Positions 39,388 to 48,955 of a stretch of DNA of 64,000 nt are shown here, piece after piece (positions within the stretch are counted from its first letter, which is position 1; every line of letters begins with the position of its first letter). The DNA comes from Candidatus Binatia bacterium. Its GTDB lineage: Bacteria > Desulfobacterota > Binatia > HRBIN30. The stretch covers positions 1 through 64,000 of the forward strand of contig JBBRSP010000013.1 in the NCBI GenBank assembly GCA_038245295.1. Reading direction: 5' to 3'. The notes under the pieces are model-generated. The model did no database searches and was not told where the DNA came from. It saw only the letters and a list, made by a program, of their open reading frames with translations. A program made the translations under genes and the position numbers.

Positions 39388-39819
39388 TCACGCAACCAGG
39401 GGATTTATCCAGCGCAGGTGTCGGAAGCGGGCGAAGTCACCGTCGGAGCTGCACAGTGCCAGACCGTGGCCCAGCGCGATGGCTGCCAGGTGCGCGTCGG
39501 GCACCAGCTTCGACGAGCCGGCGCTGCCGGTCAGAAAAGTATCGAGGAGCTGGCGATGACGATCGGTAGGTCCCGGCGTCCAAACATTCGGCAAGTCGAG
39601 CCATGCGATTACGCGCCCCCATGCTTGCCGCATGCCGAGTGGACGGGGGAAGACCCGCGGGTTCGTGCTGATGCGCACGAACGCCAGCAGGCTCGGCCAC
39701 GGTAGGCCGACTCGTATGGGAGCATTGAGTTGCTCGTCGAGCCACGCGCGCGCCGCCTTGTGCTGTTCGAAGTCGGAGATCGTAGCGTAGAGCAGGAGGT
39801 TGGCGTCGACGAGAATCAC
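39388..39819 (-). CDS. vapC: VapC PIN-domain toxin
   Basis: ILVDANLLLYA...DAHLAAIA...SSDGDFARF...WINPL. Confidence 0.92.
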   Translation of the reverse strand: MILVDANLLLYATISDFEQHKAARAWLDEQLNAPIRVGLPWPSLLAFVRISTNPRVFPRPLGMRQAWGRVIAWLDLPNVWTPGPTDRHRQLLDTFLTGSAGSSKLVPDAHLAAIALGHGLALCSSDGDFARFRHLRWINPLVA

Positions 39820-40067
39820 CGGTGATCCTCACCTTCCGCGAATGCCAGAACTTCCGAGATGTCGTCGAGGTTCTTCAGGCGCGGCGCACCAAGGGAGACA
39901 GGCGTAGTCTTGTAGAGCGGCGATTTGCTGGGGCGCTTGGCATTCAACGTAGCCAGGCCGGCGCGCAGAACCAGGTTGAGCGTCTGCTTGAATGGCTCAT
40001 CGCGGACCTTCTGCAACTTGCCCAACTCCGTCGCTACATCGTCTTCCAAGGTGATAGTGGTCCGCAT
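39816..40067 (-). CDS. vapB: VapB/CopG-like antitoxin
   Basis: MRTTITLEDDV. GTGA overlap with vapC. Confidence 0.88.
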   Translation of the reverse strand: MRTTITLEDDVATELGKLQKVRDEPFKQTLNLVLRAGLATLNAKRPSKSPLYKTTPVSLGAPRLKNLDDISEVLAFAEGEDHR

Positions 40068-40103
40068 GCATCATCGCGTAATTGCATGATGCTGTGATGT
40101 CAA
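40068..40103 (-). promoter_or_regulatory. vapBC promoter/operator
   Basis: Minus-strand TTGACA at 40103-40098 and inverted repeat GCATCAT...ATGATGC (40068-40092) abutting the ATG. Confidence 0.5.
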
Positions 40104-40559
40104 GAAGCCTCCATGCCATAGTTGAGAGCCTTCATCCAACTGCACTCGTGCCATCCGTGGTTTGAGGCTTTGGGTTGAGTTGCCAGTGGAGCTAGCGTCG
40201 CGCTGTTCTGGTGAAGCTTTCCTGCAACCGCACCCCTGGACTTGCCGCACCTAAACGTGTGAGTGCGGCGGTGCATGTGGATGAGGATCCTGCGTCCATT
40301 GGTCGCGCTCCGACGACGGCAGCTCCAGCGCGGTGACGTTGGACCTGGTCGTCGGTGTGAATGAGAAGACGGACCGAGCGGCTATCGCTGGTCGCTACAC
40401 GACGCACTTGTTGGAGAGTGGGTTCGAGGACGGACATTTCCGTTTGCAGCCAATTATCGTATTCTACCTGTGATGAGGTAGGACGCCCCATCCTTTAAAG
40501 AGCGCTGTCCCGTTAAGAGCCCAGTGCTCTTGAGGGGACAGCGCTCGTGGGCGATGACG

Positions 40560-41432
40560 TTACTTCGGCGCCAGGGTGCCCATGAGCACCGACATGTCGA
40601 TGACGGGATTGCGTTGTGCCACGATGTGCTCCATCCGGTCGCGCACCAACGTCAGGGTGTCGGGATGGGGGAACACGTAGAGTCGTTCCTCGCGAATGCA
40701 GTCGAGGACGAGATCGGCGACTTCCTCCGGCGGCTTTCCGGCCGCGACCATCTGGTTGAACGACGCTTGCACAGCCTGCTCCGCCTCGGTCGTCGGCCGC
40801 TCGGGGGTACGCAGCTCCGCCGGCCGATTGCGTTGGCTGTCCATGATGTTGGTGCGTACGAATCCCGGGCAGAGCACCGAGACCTTCACCGCGGCGCCCG
40901 CCATCTGCAACTCGTAGTACAGGCATTCGGTGATCGAGACGACGGCAAACTTGGTGGCGTGGTAGGGCGACAGCATCGGCAAGTTGAGGTGCCCGGCCAT
41001 CGACGCCGTGTTCACCATGTGGCCCTCGGTGCCCTGGCGAATCATGATCGGCAGGAAGGTCCGAATACCGTGGATCACGCCCCACAGGTTGACGCCGATG
41101 GTCCACTGCCAGCTCTGCAAGCTTTGCTCCCACGCCGGTCCGGGATCACCCGCTACACCGGCGTTGTTGCACACGACGTGCACGGCGCCGAAGGCGGCCA
41201 CCGTCTTGGCGGCGAGTTGTTCGACATCGTCGGCTTTGGAGACGTCGGTGCGCACGGCGAGAGTATCGGTGCCGAGTGCCTTGATCTCACTCTCCGCGGT
41301 GGCGAGCGCTGCGGTTTCGACGTCCGCCAGGACGACCTTCATGCCGGCGGCAGCGAAACGCTTGGCCATCGCCAGTCCGATCCCGCTGGCCGCGCCCGTG
41401 ACGACGGCGACTCGATCCTTGAAATCTTTCAC
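40560..41432 (-). CDS. Short-chain dehydrogenase/reductase
   Basis: TGAASGIG, NNAGV, NTAS, YHATK. GTG start with RBS. Confidence 0.94.
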   Translation of the reverse strand: MKDFKDRVAVVTGAASGIGLAMAKRFAAAGMKVVLADVETAALATAESEIKALGTDTLAVRTDVSKADDVEQLAAKTVAAFGAVHVVCNNAGVAGDPGPAWEQSLQSWQWTIGVNLWGVIHGIRTFLPIMIRQGTEGHMVNTASMAGHLNLPMLSPYHATKFAVVSITECLYYELQMAGAAVKVSVLCPGFVRTNIMDSQRNRPAELRTPERPTTEAEQAVQASFNQMVAAGKPPEEVADLVLDCIREERLYVFPHPDTLTLVRDRMEHIVAQRNPVIDMSVLMGTLAPK

Positions 41433-41631
41433 TGCTGGTCCCCTTCCTGAAAGTCCACCGACCATAGGCGAGGGGCACCGGTCGGACAACATGGTTTGGC
41501 CCGCCGGGTGGTGGATCGGATTGCCGTCTCCCGCCCGATCATGGGTGTCTGACATCGATCTAGACGAGACTTGGAAAACTTCTTACAAGGCCCCTCTCGG
41601 TCGCCGAGGCCAAGGGAGGATGGGAGACAAC

Positions 41632-42519
41632 ATGACGATCGTTAGCCGGGGAATCGTGTTTACTGCCGTGCTGCTGATGAGCGCCGGGCCGAGTGCCGCG
41701 TGTACCGGTGATTGCGATGGTGACGGCGAGGTGGCCATCAACGAGGTGGTGCGTGGCGTTAACATCGCTCTCGGCAATGCGCTGGTGGGCGACTGCACTC
41801 AATTCGACGCCGACGGCGATGGCGCCGTCACCATCAATGAGCTGATCGCCGCCGTGGCCAATGCGCTCAACTCCTGTCCGGTCACAACACCGACGCCGAC
41901 CGTCACCCCGACCACCGACGGCGCCGCGACTCTGGTCATCGAGCGCGCGGCCGGCCACGAATTCGTCACCGGCCGCGTCTATGGATTTGATCTCGCCGAC
42001 ATCCGCTCGGGCAAGACGATTGCTCTCTATCAGGGAACCCTGAACCCGGCTAACCGCGAGACGCTAGTCGATCTTTTGCAACTGCGTCAGACAATCCTCG
42101 ATGACGAGGGCAATGTGGTGCTCGATGCTTCCGGTCGACGCAGGATCGTCCGTCTCCAATTCACGCATGTGCCCCTGCGGACCGGGATCTTTCGCTGTGG
42201 CCAGGGCCTCCCCGAGCTTCCGGGCTACCTCTTGGGCTTCGACGCCTCCGTCACGCTCCGCGACGACGCAAATTTCACGGAGACAACCGTTGACGACTAC
42301 TTCGGGTACCCGCAGCCGATTTCCGAGATCGACTGCACGCTGACGATCACGTCAGTGGAGGGTGGCGTCATTACGGCGACCTACGAGTCGCACATGCTCT
42401 CGTCCGAGGCCAATGATCTCGCCTATGCGACCGGGACGCTCATGCTGCCGCGACCGACGTGTACGGGGAATGAGCTCTCGTCCTTACCGCCGCAGACCTG
42501 TTACCCGTGGGCGTTCTGA
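41632..42519 (+). CDS. Secreted protein with N-terminal dockerin-like Ca-binding (CxGDCDGDG) module
   Basis: Signal peptide, CTGDCDGDGEVAINE...DADGDGAVTINELIAAV...C, PT linker, uncharacterised C-terminal domain. Confidence 0.8.
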   Translation: MTIVSRGIVFTAVLLMSAGPSAACTGDCDGDGEVAINEVVRGVNIALGNALVGDCTQFDADGDGAVTINELIAAVANALNSCPVTTPTPTVTPTTDGAATLVIERAAGHEFVTGRVYGFDLADIRSGKTIALYQGTLNPANRETLVDLLQLRQTILDDEGNVVLDASGRRRIVRLQFTHVPLRTGIFRCGQGLPELPGYLLGFDASVTLRDDANFTETTVDDYFGYPQPISEIDCTLTITSVEGGVITATYESHMLSSEANDLAYATGTLMLPRPTCTGNELSSLPPQTCYPWAF

Positions 42520-42582
42520 GCACCGCGGGACTGAGTCATCGGTTTGGCCCGGAGAGGTGGTAGGGCATCTGTGACAACGACG

Positions 42583-43389
42583 ATGCGGCAGGCGCCTTTG
42601 TGTTTCCTGGTGCCGCTGATCGTATCGACGGTCGGCACGTTCCTCTTGTTGCTGGTCGGTTGGAACGGTTGGCCCGGCATCGTCGGGTCGTCGGCACTGG
42701 AGTACTGTGAGGCCCTGGCCGATGGAATGATCAAGCAGCCGGCCAACACGTGGTCGAATCTCGCCTTCGTTGCTGCCGGGCTAGGTGTCGGTTGGTACGC
42801 CGGCGGACAACTGGCGCGTCCGGATCTGCATCTGCCGCGCAACCGCATCACGACGATCCCGCTCTACCCGATGCTCTATGCGACGGCCGCGGCGTTGGTC
42901 GGACCCATGAGCATGGCGCTCCACGCTTCCGCGACGACGTGGGGCGGCAAGCTCGATGTCATGTCGATGTTTGCCTGGGCGGCGTTCTGCTTGATGTACG
43001 CGATCGCCCGCCTGCGCGACCTGTCGGAGCGCAGCTTTGTGCGCGGCTACCTGGCGTTGTTGGCGACGCTCACCATCTTGTTTCTGGCTAGCCCGATCGC
43101 TGGCTCGGGTAGCGCCTTGTTTGGATTGACAATCGCCGCGTTCGCCTTCGTCGAGTTTGCTATCTGGTGGCGCCGGCCGCAGTTGCGCAGCGCCCGCTCC
43201 TGGCTCGTCGCCTCCGGCGCGATCTTCGCCGTCGCGTTGTTCATCTGGTGGATGAGCCATACCGGCCATCCGTGGTGCGATCCGCAGTCCGTGGTCCAGG
43301 GCCATGCCGCCTGGCATGTCTTGGACGGCATCGCCATGGTGACCGTCTATCTGTTCTTCCGCTCAGAGTCGTTCACTGGCAGGGACTAG
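42583..43389 (+). CDS. Ceramidase-domain (CREST superfamily) membrane hydrolase
   Basis: YCE...QPANTWSNLAF, SxxxH (SMALHAS), D, HxxWH (HAAWH), about 7 TM helices. Confidence 0.8.
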   Translation: MRQAPLCFLVPLIVSTVGTFLLLLVGWNGWPGIVGSSALEYCEALADGMIKQPANTWSNLAFVAAGLGVGWYAGGQLARPDLHLPRNRITTIPLYPMLYATAAALVGPMSMALHASATTWGGKLDVMSMFAWAAFCLMYAIARLRDLSERSFVRGYLALLATLTILFLASPIAGSGSALFGLTIAAFAFVEFAIWWRRPQLRSARSWLVASGAIFAVALFIWWMSHTGHPWCDPQSVVQGHAAWHVLDGIAMVTVYLFFRSESFTGRD

Positions 43390-43478
43390 CGGCTGTCCTT
43401 TGCCCCGTCGCCCTTACGCCACGAGTGTCGAGACAGGCACCGTCGACGCCGCGCTATGCCACATGATACAGGCGCCGC

Positions 43479-44735
43479 ATGGCTAAGCTGTTGATCCGCG
43501 GGTTGGTTGCCGTGTTGCTGATGGCGCCGAACAGCGCTGTCTTTGCCGAGTCGTCACCGCGCACCGTGGTCATCCTGCTATTCGACGGCTTTGCCCCGTC
43601 GCTGTTGCAAGACATCCCGGCGCCGAACCTGGCGCGGCTGCGTCGTGAAGGCGCCTGGTCGCACCAGATGATTCCGGCCTTCCCGACCATCTCGCTGATC
43701 AGTCAGACGACGATCTCTACGGGCTGCTGGCCCGAGCACCACGGCATCGTCACCAATGTCTTCCTCGACCCGCAACGCGGCGAATACGATCACTCGAAGG
43801 ATGCCGATTGGCTCACCGGGTGTGAGAACCTGCACCGGGTTGCCGAACGTCAGAGTATCAAGGCGGCGGCCTTGGGCTGGGCCGGCTTCTATTCCGGCTC
43901 GGGTGTGGAGCAGGCGTCGCGTGCGTCAACCGAGCGAGCCTGGAAGGACTATCCGAAAGACCCGCAGCGTGCCGAGCAGGTCATCCAGATCCTCCAGCTG
44001 CCGCTCGGGCAGCGGCCGGGCCTGATCGAAGCATACTTCTCCGGGCCGGATGACGAGGAACACTTCAAAGGCATGGACTCCGCGGCGACGCGGCAGGCGG
44101 TCATCGAGAGTGATCAAATCATCGGCGAGATCATCGCCTCCATCGAGCGGTTGCCAGATCACGACCACGTCACGCTCGTCGTTACCACCGACCACGGCAT
44201 GCTGCCGGTGACGCACAACGTGAACATCCAGAAGATCCTGCTCAACAACGGCATCGACGCCGACTTCCGCTCGACGGGGACCACATCGTTTCTCTACCTC
44301 AAGGACAAAACCAAGAAGCCGGCCGCGGTGGCGGCGTTGCACAAGTATTCCCAGTTCGAGGTGCTGCTGCCGGAAACTCCACCAGCCTACTGGCACATCG
44401 GGAACGGTCCGCGTGTCGGCGATATCGTCGTGTCAGCCAAGCCGCCGTACTTCATCGAGGACGTCAGCCGTTGGCCGTGGTTTGCACGCTGGCTCGGAAA
44501 CTGGGGGCCGGAATTCATTCCCGCCACCTTCGCGCTCAAAGCATCACATGGTTATCCGCCGGCGACTCCAGGCATGGCGGGCATTTTCTACGCCTGGGGA
44601 TCGGGCATCGCGCACGGCCGTGAAGTCACCAAGATCGACGCCATCGATATCCATCCGACCGTGACACGCTTGCTGGGGATTCAGCCGGGCAACCCCGTCG
44701 ACGGCGCTGTGGCGACGCAGTTCCTGGCGGAGTAG
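43479..44735 (+). CDS. Nucleotide pyrophosphatase/phosphodiesterase (alkaline phosphatase superfamily), exported
   Basis: Signal peptide, LLFDGF, FPTIS, HHGIVTN, PDDEEH, TTDHGM, SHGY. Confidence 0.9.
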   Translation: MAKLLIRGLVAVLLMAPNSAVFAESSPRTVVILLFDGFAPSLLQDIPAPNLARLRREGAWSHQMIPAFPTISLISQTTISTGCWPEHHGIVTNVFLDPQRGEYDHSKDADWLTGCENLHRVAERQSIKAAALGWAGFYSGSGVEQASRASTERAWKDYPKDPQRAEQVIQILQLPLGQRPGLIEAYFSGPDDEEHFKGMDSAATRQAVIESDQIIGEIIASIERLPDHDHVTLVVTTDHGMLPVTHNVNIQKILLNNGIDADFRSTGTTSFLYLKDKTKKPAAVAALHKYSQFEVLLPETPPAYWHIGNGPRVGDIVVSAKPPYFIEDVSRWPWFARWLGNWGPEFIPATFALKASHGYPPATPGMAGIFYAWGSGIAHGREVTKIDAIDIHPTVTRLLGIQPGNPVDGAVATQFLAE

Positions 44736-44852
44736 GCAGCCTTCCAATTTGCTGCCGTGTTTGTCACCGGGCAGAAATGTCGGGGCGGTTCGCGACCCGC
44801 CTCGACCGCGTCGCGCCGATGAGGCAACCTGGCATCTCCAATGGGCTAACGG

Positions 44853-45404
44853 TTAGGCGAAACGGTCTGCTTGGCCCACCCCCGCCGCAATCACCTTGCC
44901 GTGGATCTCCTTCGTCAGCTCCTCGATGCGTTCACTGAGGGTCCGGGTCACCTGCGTCAGCTCGACGTTCTGCTTCAGCAACTCCAGCACTTGCGACGTC
45001 AGCGTCGTAGCCAGTTGGTGTCGATCGATGTTCGCCTGGGCGAGATCCTCGCGATGCCGCGCGTCGGCGTCAGCATGCACTTTGTCGCGATCCGCCTGGC
45101 GCGTCTGCGCCAGGAGAATCAGGGGCGCGGCGTAGGCGGCCTGCAAGCTGAACGCGAGATTGAGAAGGATGAACGGGTAGAGATCGAATTGCGTGACGCC
45201 GACGGCGTTGAGGATGATCCAAACCGACACGAGGGCGGTCTGTGCGATGAGGAAGGTCGGTGTTCCAAAGAAGCGCGCGAAGGCTTCCGCCTTGGCGCCA
45301 AACCAACTGTCGCCGAACGCCGAAGACAGGTGGGCATGTGGGGCGTGGAAACGAAAGTGGTGACGTCCCGTCGGCTGGGTTTCGCTGGCCTGCGATTGTT
45401 CCAC
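44853..45404 (-). CDS. DUF1003 membrane protein
   Basis: FDLYPFILLNLAFSLQAAYAAPLILLAQTRQADRD. GTG start with AAGGAGG RBS. Confidence 0.92.
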   Translation of the reverse strand: MEQSQASETQPTGRHHFRFHAPHAHLSSAFGDSWFGAKAEAFARFFGTPTFLIAQTALVSVWIILNAVGVTQFDLYPFILLNLAFSLQAAYAAPLILLAQTRQADRDKVHADADARHREDLAQANIDRHQLATTLTSQVLELLKQNVELTQVTRTLSERIEELTKEIHGKVIAAGVGQADRFA

Positions 45405-45562
45405 TCCGAATCCTCCTTGGTGTTGTGACGAGTCGCCGATCCCAGAGGTCGGCTCACTTCGATTAGTTCTGCCTATGGCTGCCGTCGCGGTCAACATTCA
45501 CACCTGTTCCAGGAGGCCTGAATTGACATCGTCAACTGAGTGGCATTGATACTGGGTCCAGC

Positions 45563-46009
45563 ATGCGAGCGCGGGGGTGGCACCGGATTGGGTTTCGCTG
45601 GGTGAAGCGGTCCCTCTGCGCGTTTCTGGTGATGGTTGCCGTCACCAGCACCACAACGGCTAAGTCCAAGAGCGAGGACGTGCATGTCCCCACCGCCGAC
45701 TGCGCTCATTGCCACACCGCCGGGCGTGCCGACCTGGAGGCCAAACCGGGCGATGCGCCGCACCAGATCGTCCCCGATGTCGAACAACGATGCACGGCGT
45801 GCCACGACGAGGGGCCATCGCATCGCACCGGTATGAAGCCGCGCGGTTCGGTGCCGGTCACGCTGCCGCTGGCCGATGGCGGACTGATCGGCTGCGCCAC
45901 CTGTCACTTCATGCACGGCGAGAAGAATCCCTACGGTGACTTCGTGCGTCTCGACAATTCACGCGGCGGGTTGTGTCTCAGCTGTCACAAACTCGAAGAG
46001 CTCCAATGA
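45563..46009 (+). CDS. Tetraheme cytochrome c (doubled-CXXCH / c3-like)
   Basis: CAHCH, CTACH, CATCH, CLSCH and a signal peptide. Confidence 0.88.
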   Translation: MRARGWHRIGFRWVKRSLCAFLVMVAVTSTTTAKSKSEDVHVPTADCAHCHTAGRADLEAKPGDAPHQIVPDVEQRCTACHDEGPSHRTGMKPRGSVPVTLPLADGGLIGCATCHFMHGEKNPYGDFVRLDNSRGGLCLSCHKLEELQ

Positions 46010-46028
46010 CGTCGGAGGAGGTTGAGCC

Positions 46029-46622
46029 ATGCGACTAGCCGGCTTCATTCATCATCATCCAAAACACCGCGGTCGGCAGTTGCGTTGGGTTCTTCCGACG
46101 CTGGCCATGCTGATGGTGGCAACCTTGGCGACGCTTGCCGTGCAGTATCGGGTCAGCGACCAGGCCGTCGGCTCTGAGTTCTTCCATGCTCACAAGACGA
46201 TCACCCACACCGGCGAGTTGCTGCAGCGCGGCACATTGATCGGCGCTGCCGTGCTGACATTGTTGGTCATCGGCATGGCCGTGTGGTGGCTGCGGTTCAC
46301 GCATCGGATCGTGCGTCCGGTTCACACGGTTCATCAGGCTCTCGATGCCCTGGCTGCCGGTGATCTGGGTGTGCGCGTCGAGCTTCACCCGGGCGACGAG
46401 TTTCACGAAGTTGGCGAATCCCTCAATCGCCTGGTCGACGAGTTCTCGACCACGTTGGCGACGGTGCACGCAATGGTCGATCGTCTGGCGGCGATCTCGA
46501 CGGCCGAATCGCCGAGTGCGACGCGGGCCGCTGAGATGACGCCGATTATCGCCGAACTCGATCGGACCATCGAGTTCTTCCGCCTCGAGCCGCGTCGCGT
46601 CTTGCGTGAGAATGGCAAGTAA
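46029..46622 (+). CDS. Two-TM HAMP-domain protein without kinase or MCP output
   Basis: TM, short loop, TM, then THRIVRPV...GDL...DEFHEVGESLNRL and a short coiled tail. GGAGG RBS. Confidence 0.8.
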   Translation: MRLAGFIHHHPKHRGRQLRWVLPTLAMLMVATLATLAVQYRVSDQAVGSEFFHAHKTITHTGELLQRGTLIGAAVLTLLVIGMAVWWLRFTHRIVRPVHTVHQALDALAAGDLGVRVELHPGDEFHEVGESLNRLVDEFSTTLATVHAMVDRLAAISTAESPSATRAAEMTPIIAELDRTIEFFRLEPRRVLRENGK

Positions 46623-47388
46623 CTTGCGCCGCTTCGTTCTCTGGTCGGTGCTGCTTCCCGCTGTGGTGCATGCGGCGCCGACGGGTCTCAACCAGATTCC
46701 AACCACCGACCTGGTGCCGGACGGGCAACTCAGTGTCCAGGTGCAAAACGGCAACAGTGAAGTGCGCGGCTCGGAGTCTGTCTTCCATCGCCCGCAGCCG
46801 ATTGCCCAGAGCCAATATGGACTGCCGTGGAATTTTGAAGCAGGTCTCGACGTGGTTCCGGCCAATCCGCCGCACGATTACCGGCCGATGCTGAACGTCA
46901 AGATGACGCCGCTGCATGAGGATTACTACACGCCCGCGGTGGCGGCAGGGGCGCTGCAGCTCGGTCCCGATTTCATGCCCGGTTATTACCTCGTCGCCAG
47001 CAAGACGCTGAACTACGACGCCATTCAGTACCAAAAGTTCCGCGCCCACCACCGCAACATCAAGCTGCGCGGCATCCGCGTCCACACGGGCGTGCTCGGC
47101 ATCGGTAACGTGTGGCACGCCATGGTCGGCACCGACATCGAAGTGAACGACCACTTCGTCATCTACGCCGACCGGATCTCGGCGGCGTCGAACGCGGTCT
47201 CCCTCGGCGGTGTGTTGATCATCAACCAGCACCTCAGCTTCCAGGCGTCGATGCTGCGCGGCAACGATCAGGATCGCCTGACCGCTGTGCTCGCCAACTT
47301 CACCTACACCTTCGAGCCGGCGAGTCTGTTCAGGCACGAAGCTCCGGAGGCACCGCCGTCGGATGCTGCACAACCTTCAGCGCCGTGA
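46612..47388 (+). CDS. Exported protein, probable outer-membrane beta-barrel
   Basis: Signal peptide (VHA-A), TGLNQIPTTD, alternating amphipathic strands ending NFTYTF. Confidence 0.65.
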   Translation: MASNLRRFVLWSVLLPAVVHAAPTGLNQIPTTDLVPDGQLSVQVQNGNSEVRGSESVFHRPQPIAQSQYGLPWNFEAGLDVVPANPPHDYRPMLNVKMTPLHEDYYTPAVAAGALQLGPDFMPGYYLVASKTLNYDAIQYQKFRAHHRNIKLRGIRVHTGVLGIGNVWHAMVGTDIEVNDHFVIYADRISAASNAVSLGGVLIINQHLSFQASMLRGNDQDRLTAVLANFTYTFEPASLFRHEAPEAPPSDAAQPSAP

Positions 47389-47397
47389 CTGTTTCAC

Positions 47398-47540
47398 CCC
47401 CTCTCCCGCATCGGACAGATCAAGGATGGCGGGAGAGGGTCGGGGTGAGGGCCCGCCGATGTTGCCATCCGATTCCGAACCCTCACCCTAACCCTCTCCC
47501 AGATGCTGCCAATTCACTCGAGCCGGGAGAGGGGATGCTG
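47398..47540. repeat. CCCTCTCCC / CCCTCACCCTAACCCTCTCCC palindromic element, copy 2
   Basis: Arms near-identical to 24081-24216 but loops differ. Confidence 0.9.
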
Positions 47541-47555
47541 CGGGGCCATCAACAG

Positions 47556-47617
47556 ATGGCAAGACGACCAAATAGCTAAATGGCAAAATGACCAAATGGC
47601 AAGATCGCCAAATGACC
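47556..47617. repeat. Octamer tandem repeat, about 8 units
   Basis: ATGGCAAG ACGACCAA ATAGCTAA ATGGCAAA ATGACCAA ATGGCAAG ATCGCCAA ATGACC. Confidence 0.85.
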
Positions 47618-48244
47618 TCACGGCACCGCCATCCCGCGCTGTACCGCCGGTCGCGCCGCCATGGCATCGAGCCAGCGTTGCACGTTCGCACCCTGACCCG
47701 CGTCGGCCGAGAACATATTGCGGAAGAACGGCCACGCCGCCGCGACCCATGGGTACGTGGCGATGTCGGCGATCGAGTAGTCACCGGCGAGGAACGGACG
47801 ATCGGCGAGACGTTTGTCGAGCACACCGACGAGGCGCAGCGATTCATTGGTGTAACGCTGGATGGCGAACGGAATCTTCTCTTCGGCGGTTTGCATGAAG
47901 TAACCCGCCTGGCCGATCATTGGCCCGATGCCGGCCATCTGGAACATCAGCCACTGCAACACTTCGCTGCGCCCGTGGACATCGCGCGGCATGAACTTCC
48001 CGGTCTTCTCGGCCAGATAGATGAGGATGGCTCCCGACTCGAAGATGGTCAGCGGCCCGCCTTCGGCATCCTGATCGACGAGGGCCGGAATGCGCTGATT
48101 CGGGTTGAGGCGTTCGAACTCCGGCGTCAGCTGCTGCTTCTCCGGCAAGTTCACCGCATGTGTTTTGTAGGCGAGCCCGGTCTCTTCGAGCATGATCGAG
48201 ACCTTGCGGCCGTTTGGGGTTGTCCACGTGTAGAGATCAATCAT
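47618..48244 (-). CDS. Glutathione S-transferase, YfcG/Nu class
   Basis: [36 protein letters not shown]. Confidence 0.93.
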   Translation of the reverse strand: MIDLYTWTTPNGRKVSIMLEETGLAYKTHAVNLPEKQQLTPEFERLNPNQRIPALVDQDAEGGPLTIFESGAILIYLAEKTGKFMPRDVHGRSEVLQWLMFQMAGIGPMIGQAGYFMQTAEEKIPFAIQRYTNESLRLVGVLDKRLADRPFLAGDYSIADIATYPWVAAAWPFFRNMFSADAGQGANVQRWLDAMAARPAVQRGMAVP

Positions 48245-48332
48245 CCGTGATCCTCCGGCGGCCGACCGTACGCTCCTCCACGCTTCGATCAAGCAACCTC
48301 GGACCGAAGGTGAGAGAAGGGCGAACTCGTAA

Positions 48333-48902
48333 TCATTCCTCGAGCCACCACCGCCGCGCCGCGAGCTCGACTGCGTCAAACGGCTCAGCACGCACAAGCT
48401 CATCGGCCTCGTGTGTGCTGATCAAGCTCCAGTAGCCACCCTCGAGGCGGAAGACCTCGAGGGTGCGCGCCAGCGGGTCGACGATCCACATGTGTCCAAC
48501 ACCGTGGCGTGCGTAGAGACGCGACTTGCGCACACGATCGACCGACGATGTGGTTGGCGAAACAACCTCGCAAACCCAATCCGGAACCAGCTCGAAGTAG
48601 GCAACGTTCGGCACCTTCGGCATGCGGCTGCGGCGCCAGCCGGCGAGATCTGGCACCACTGCATTCGGGCCGAGGTGGAGCTCTGGCTCGAACAGCAGGC
48701 ACCAGCCCCCGGGTTGTGAAGGATCGCCGGGCGGACCGTTGAACCGCCCGAACAGGTCGGAGCCAAGCGCCGAGCTGGCGAGTGCATGTGGTGACGCTGG
48801 TCGCGGGAACGCGTACAGATCGCCGTCGATGAGCTCGCCGATGAGATGGCTCGGCAGGGCTTCCAAGTCGGCATAGGTGGCGTTGCGTCGCACCGGTTTC
48901 AC
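48333..48902 (-). CDS. Uma2 (DUF820) family endonuclease
   Basis: ELIDG...PDLAGWRR...[10 protein letters not shown]...YARHGV..WIVDP. Start uncertain. Confidence 0.9.
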   Translation of the reverse strand: MKPVRRNATYADLEALPSHLIGELIDGDLYAFPRPASPHALASSALGSDLFGRFNGPPGDPSQPGGWCLLFEPELHLGPNAVVPDLAGWRRSRMPKVPNVAYFELVPDWVCEVVSPTTSSVDRVRKSRLYARHGVGHMWIVDPLARTLEVFRLEGGYWSLISTHEADELVRAEPFDAVELAARRWWLEE

Positions 48903-48955
48903 GCCGATGACGCTAGCACAGTCGCCAGCCTCGACTGAACCTTCGAATGGCGCGC

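Noticed and set aside
40192..40491. 99-aa minus-strand ORF or possible attC-like remnant
   Set aside because: No recognisable motif, no convincing R/L box pairing, and no integron integrase nearby.
40984..41631. N-terminal extension of the 511-aa ORF
   Set aside because: It overlaps the SDR gene antisense. The real start with RBS and signal peptide is at 41632.
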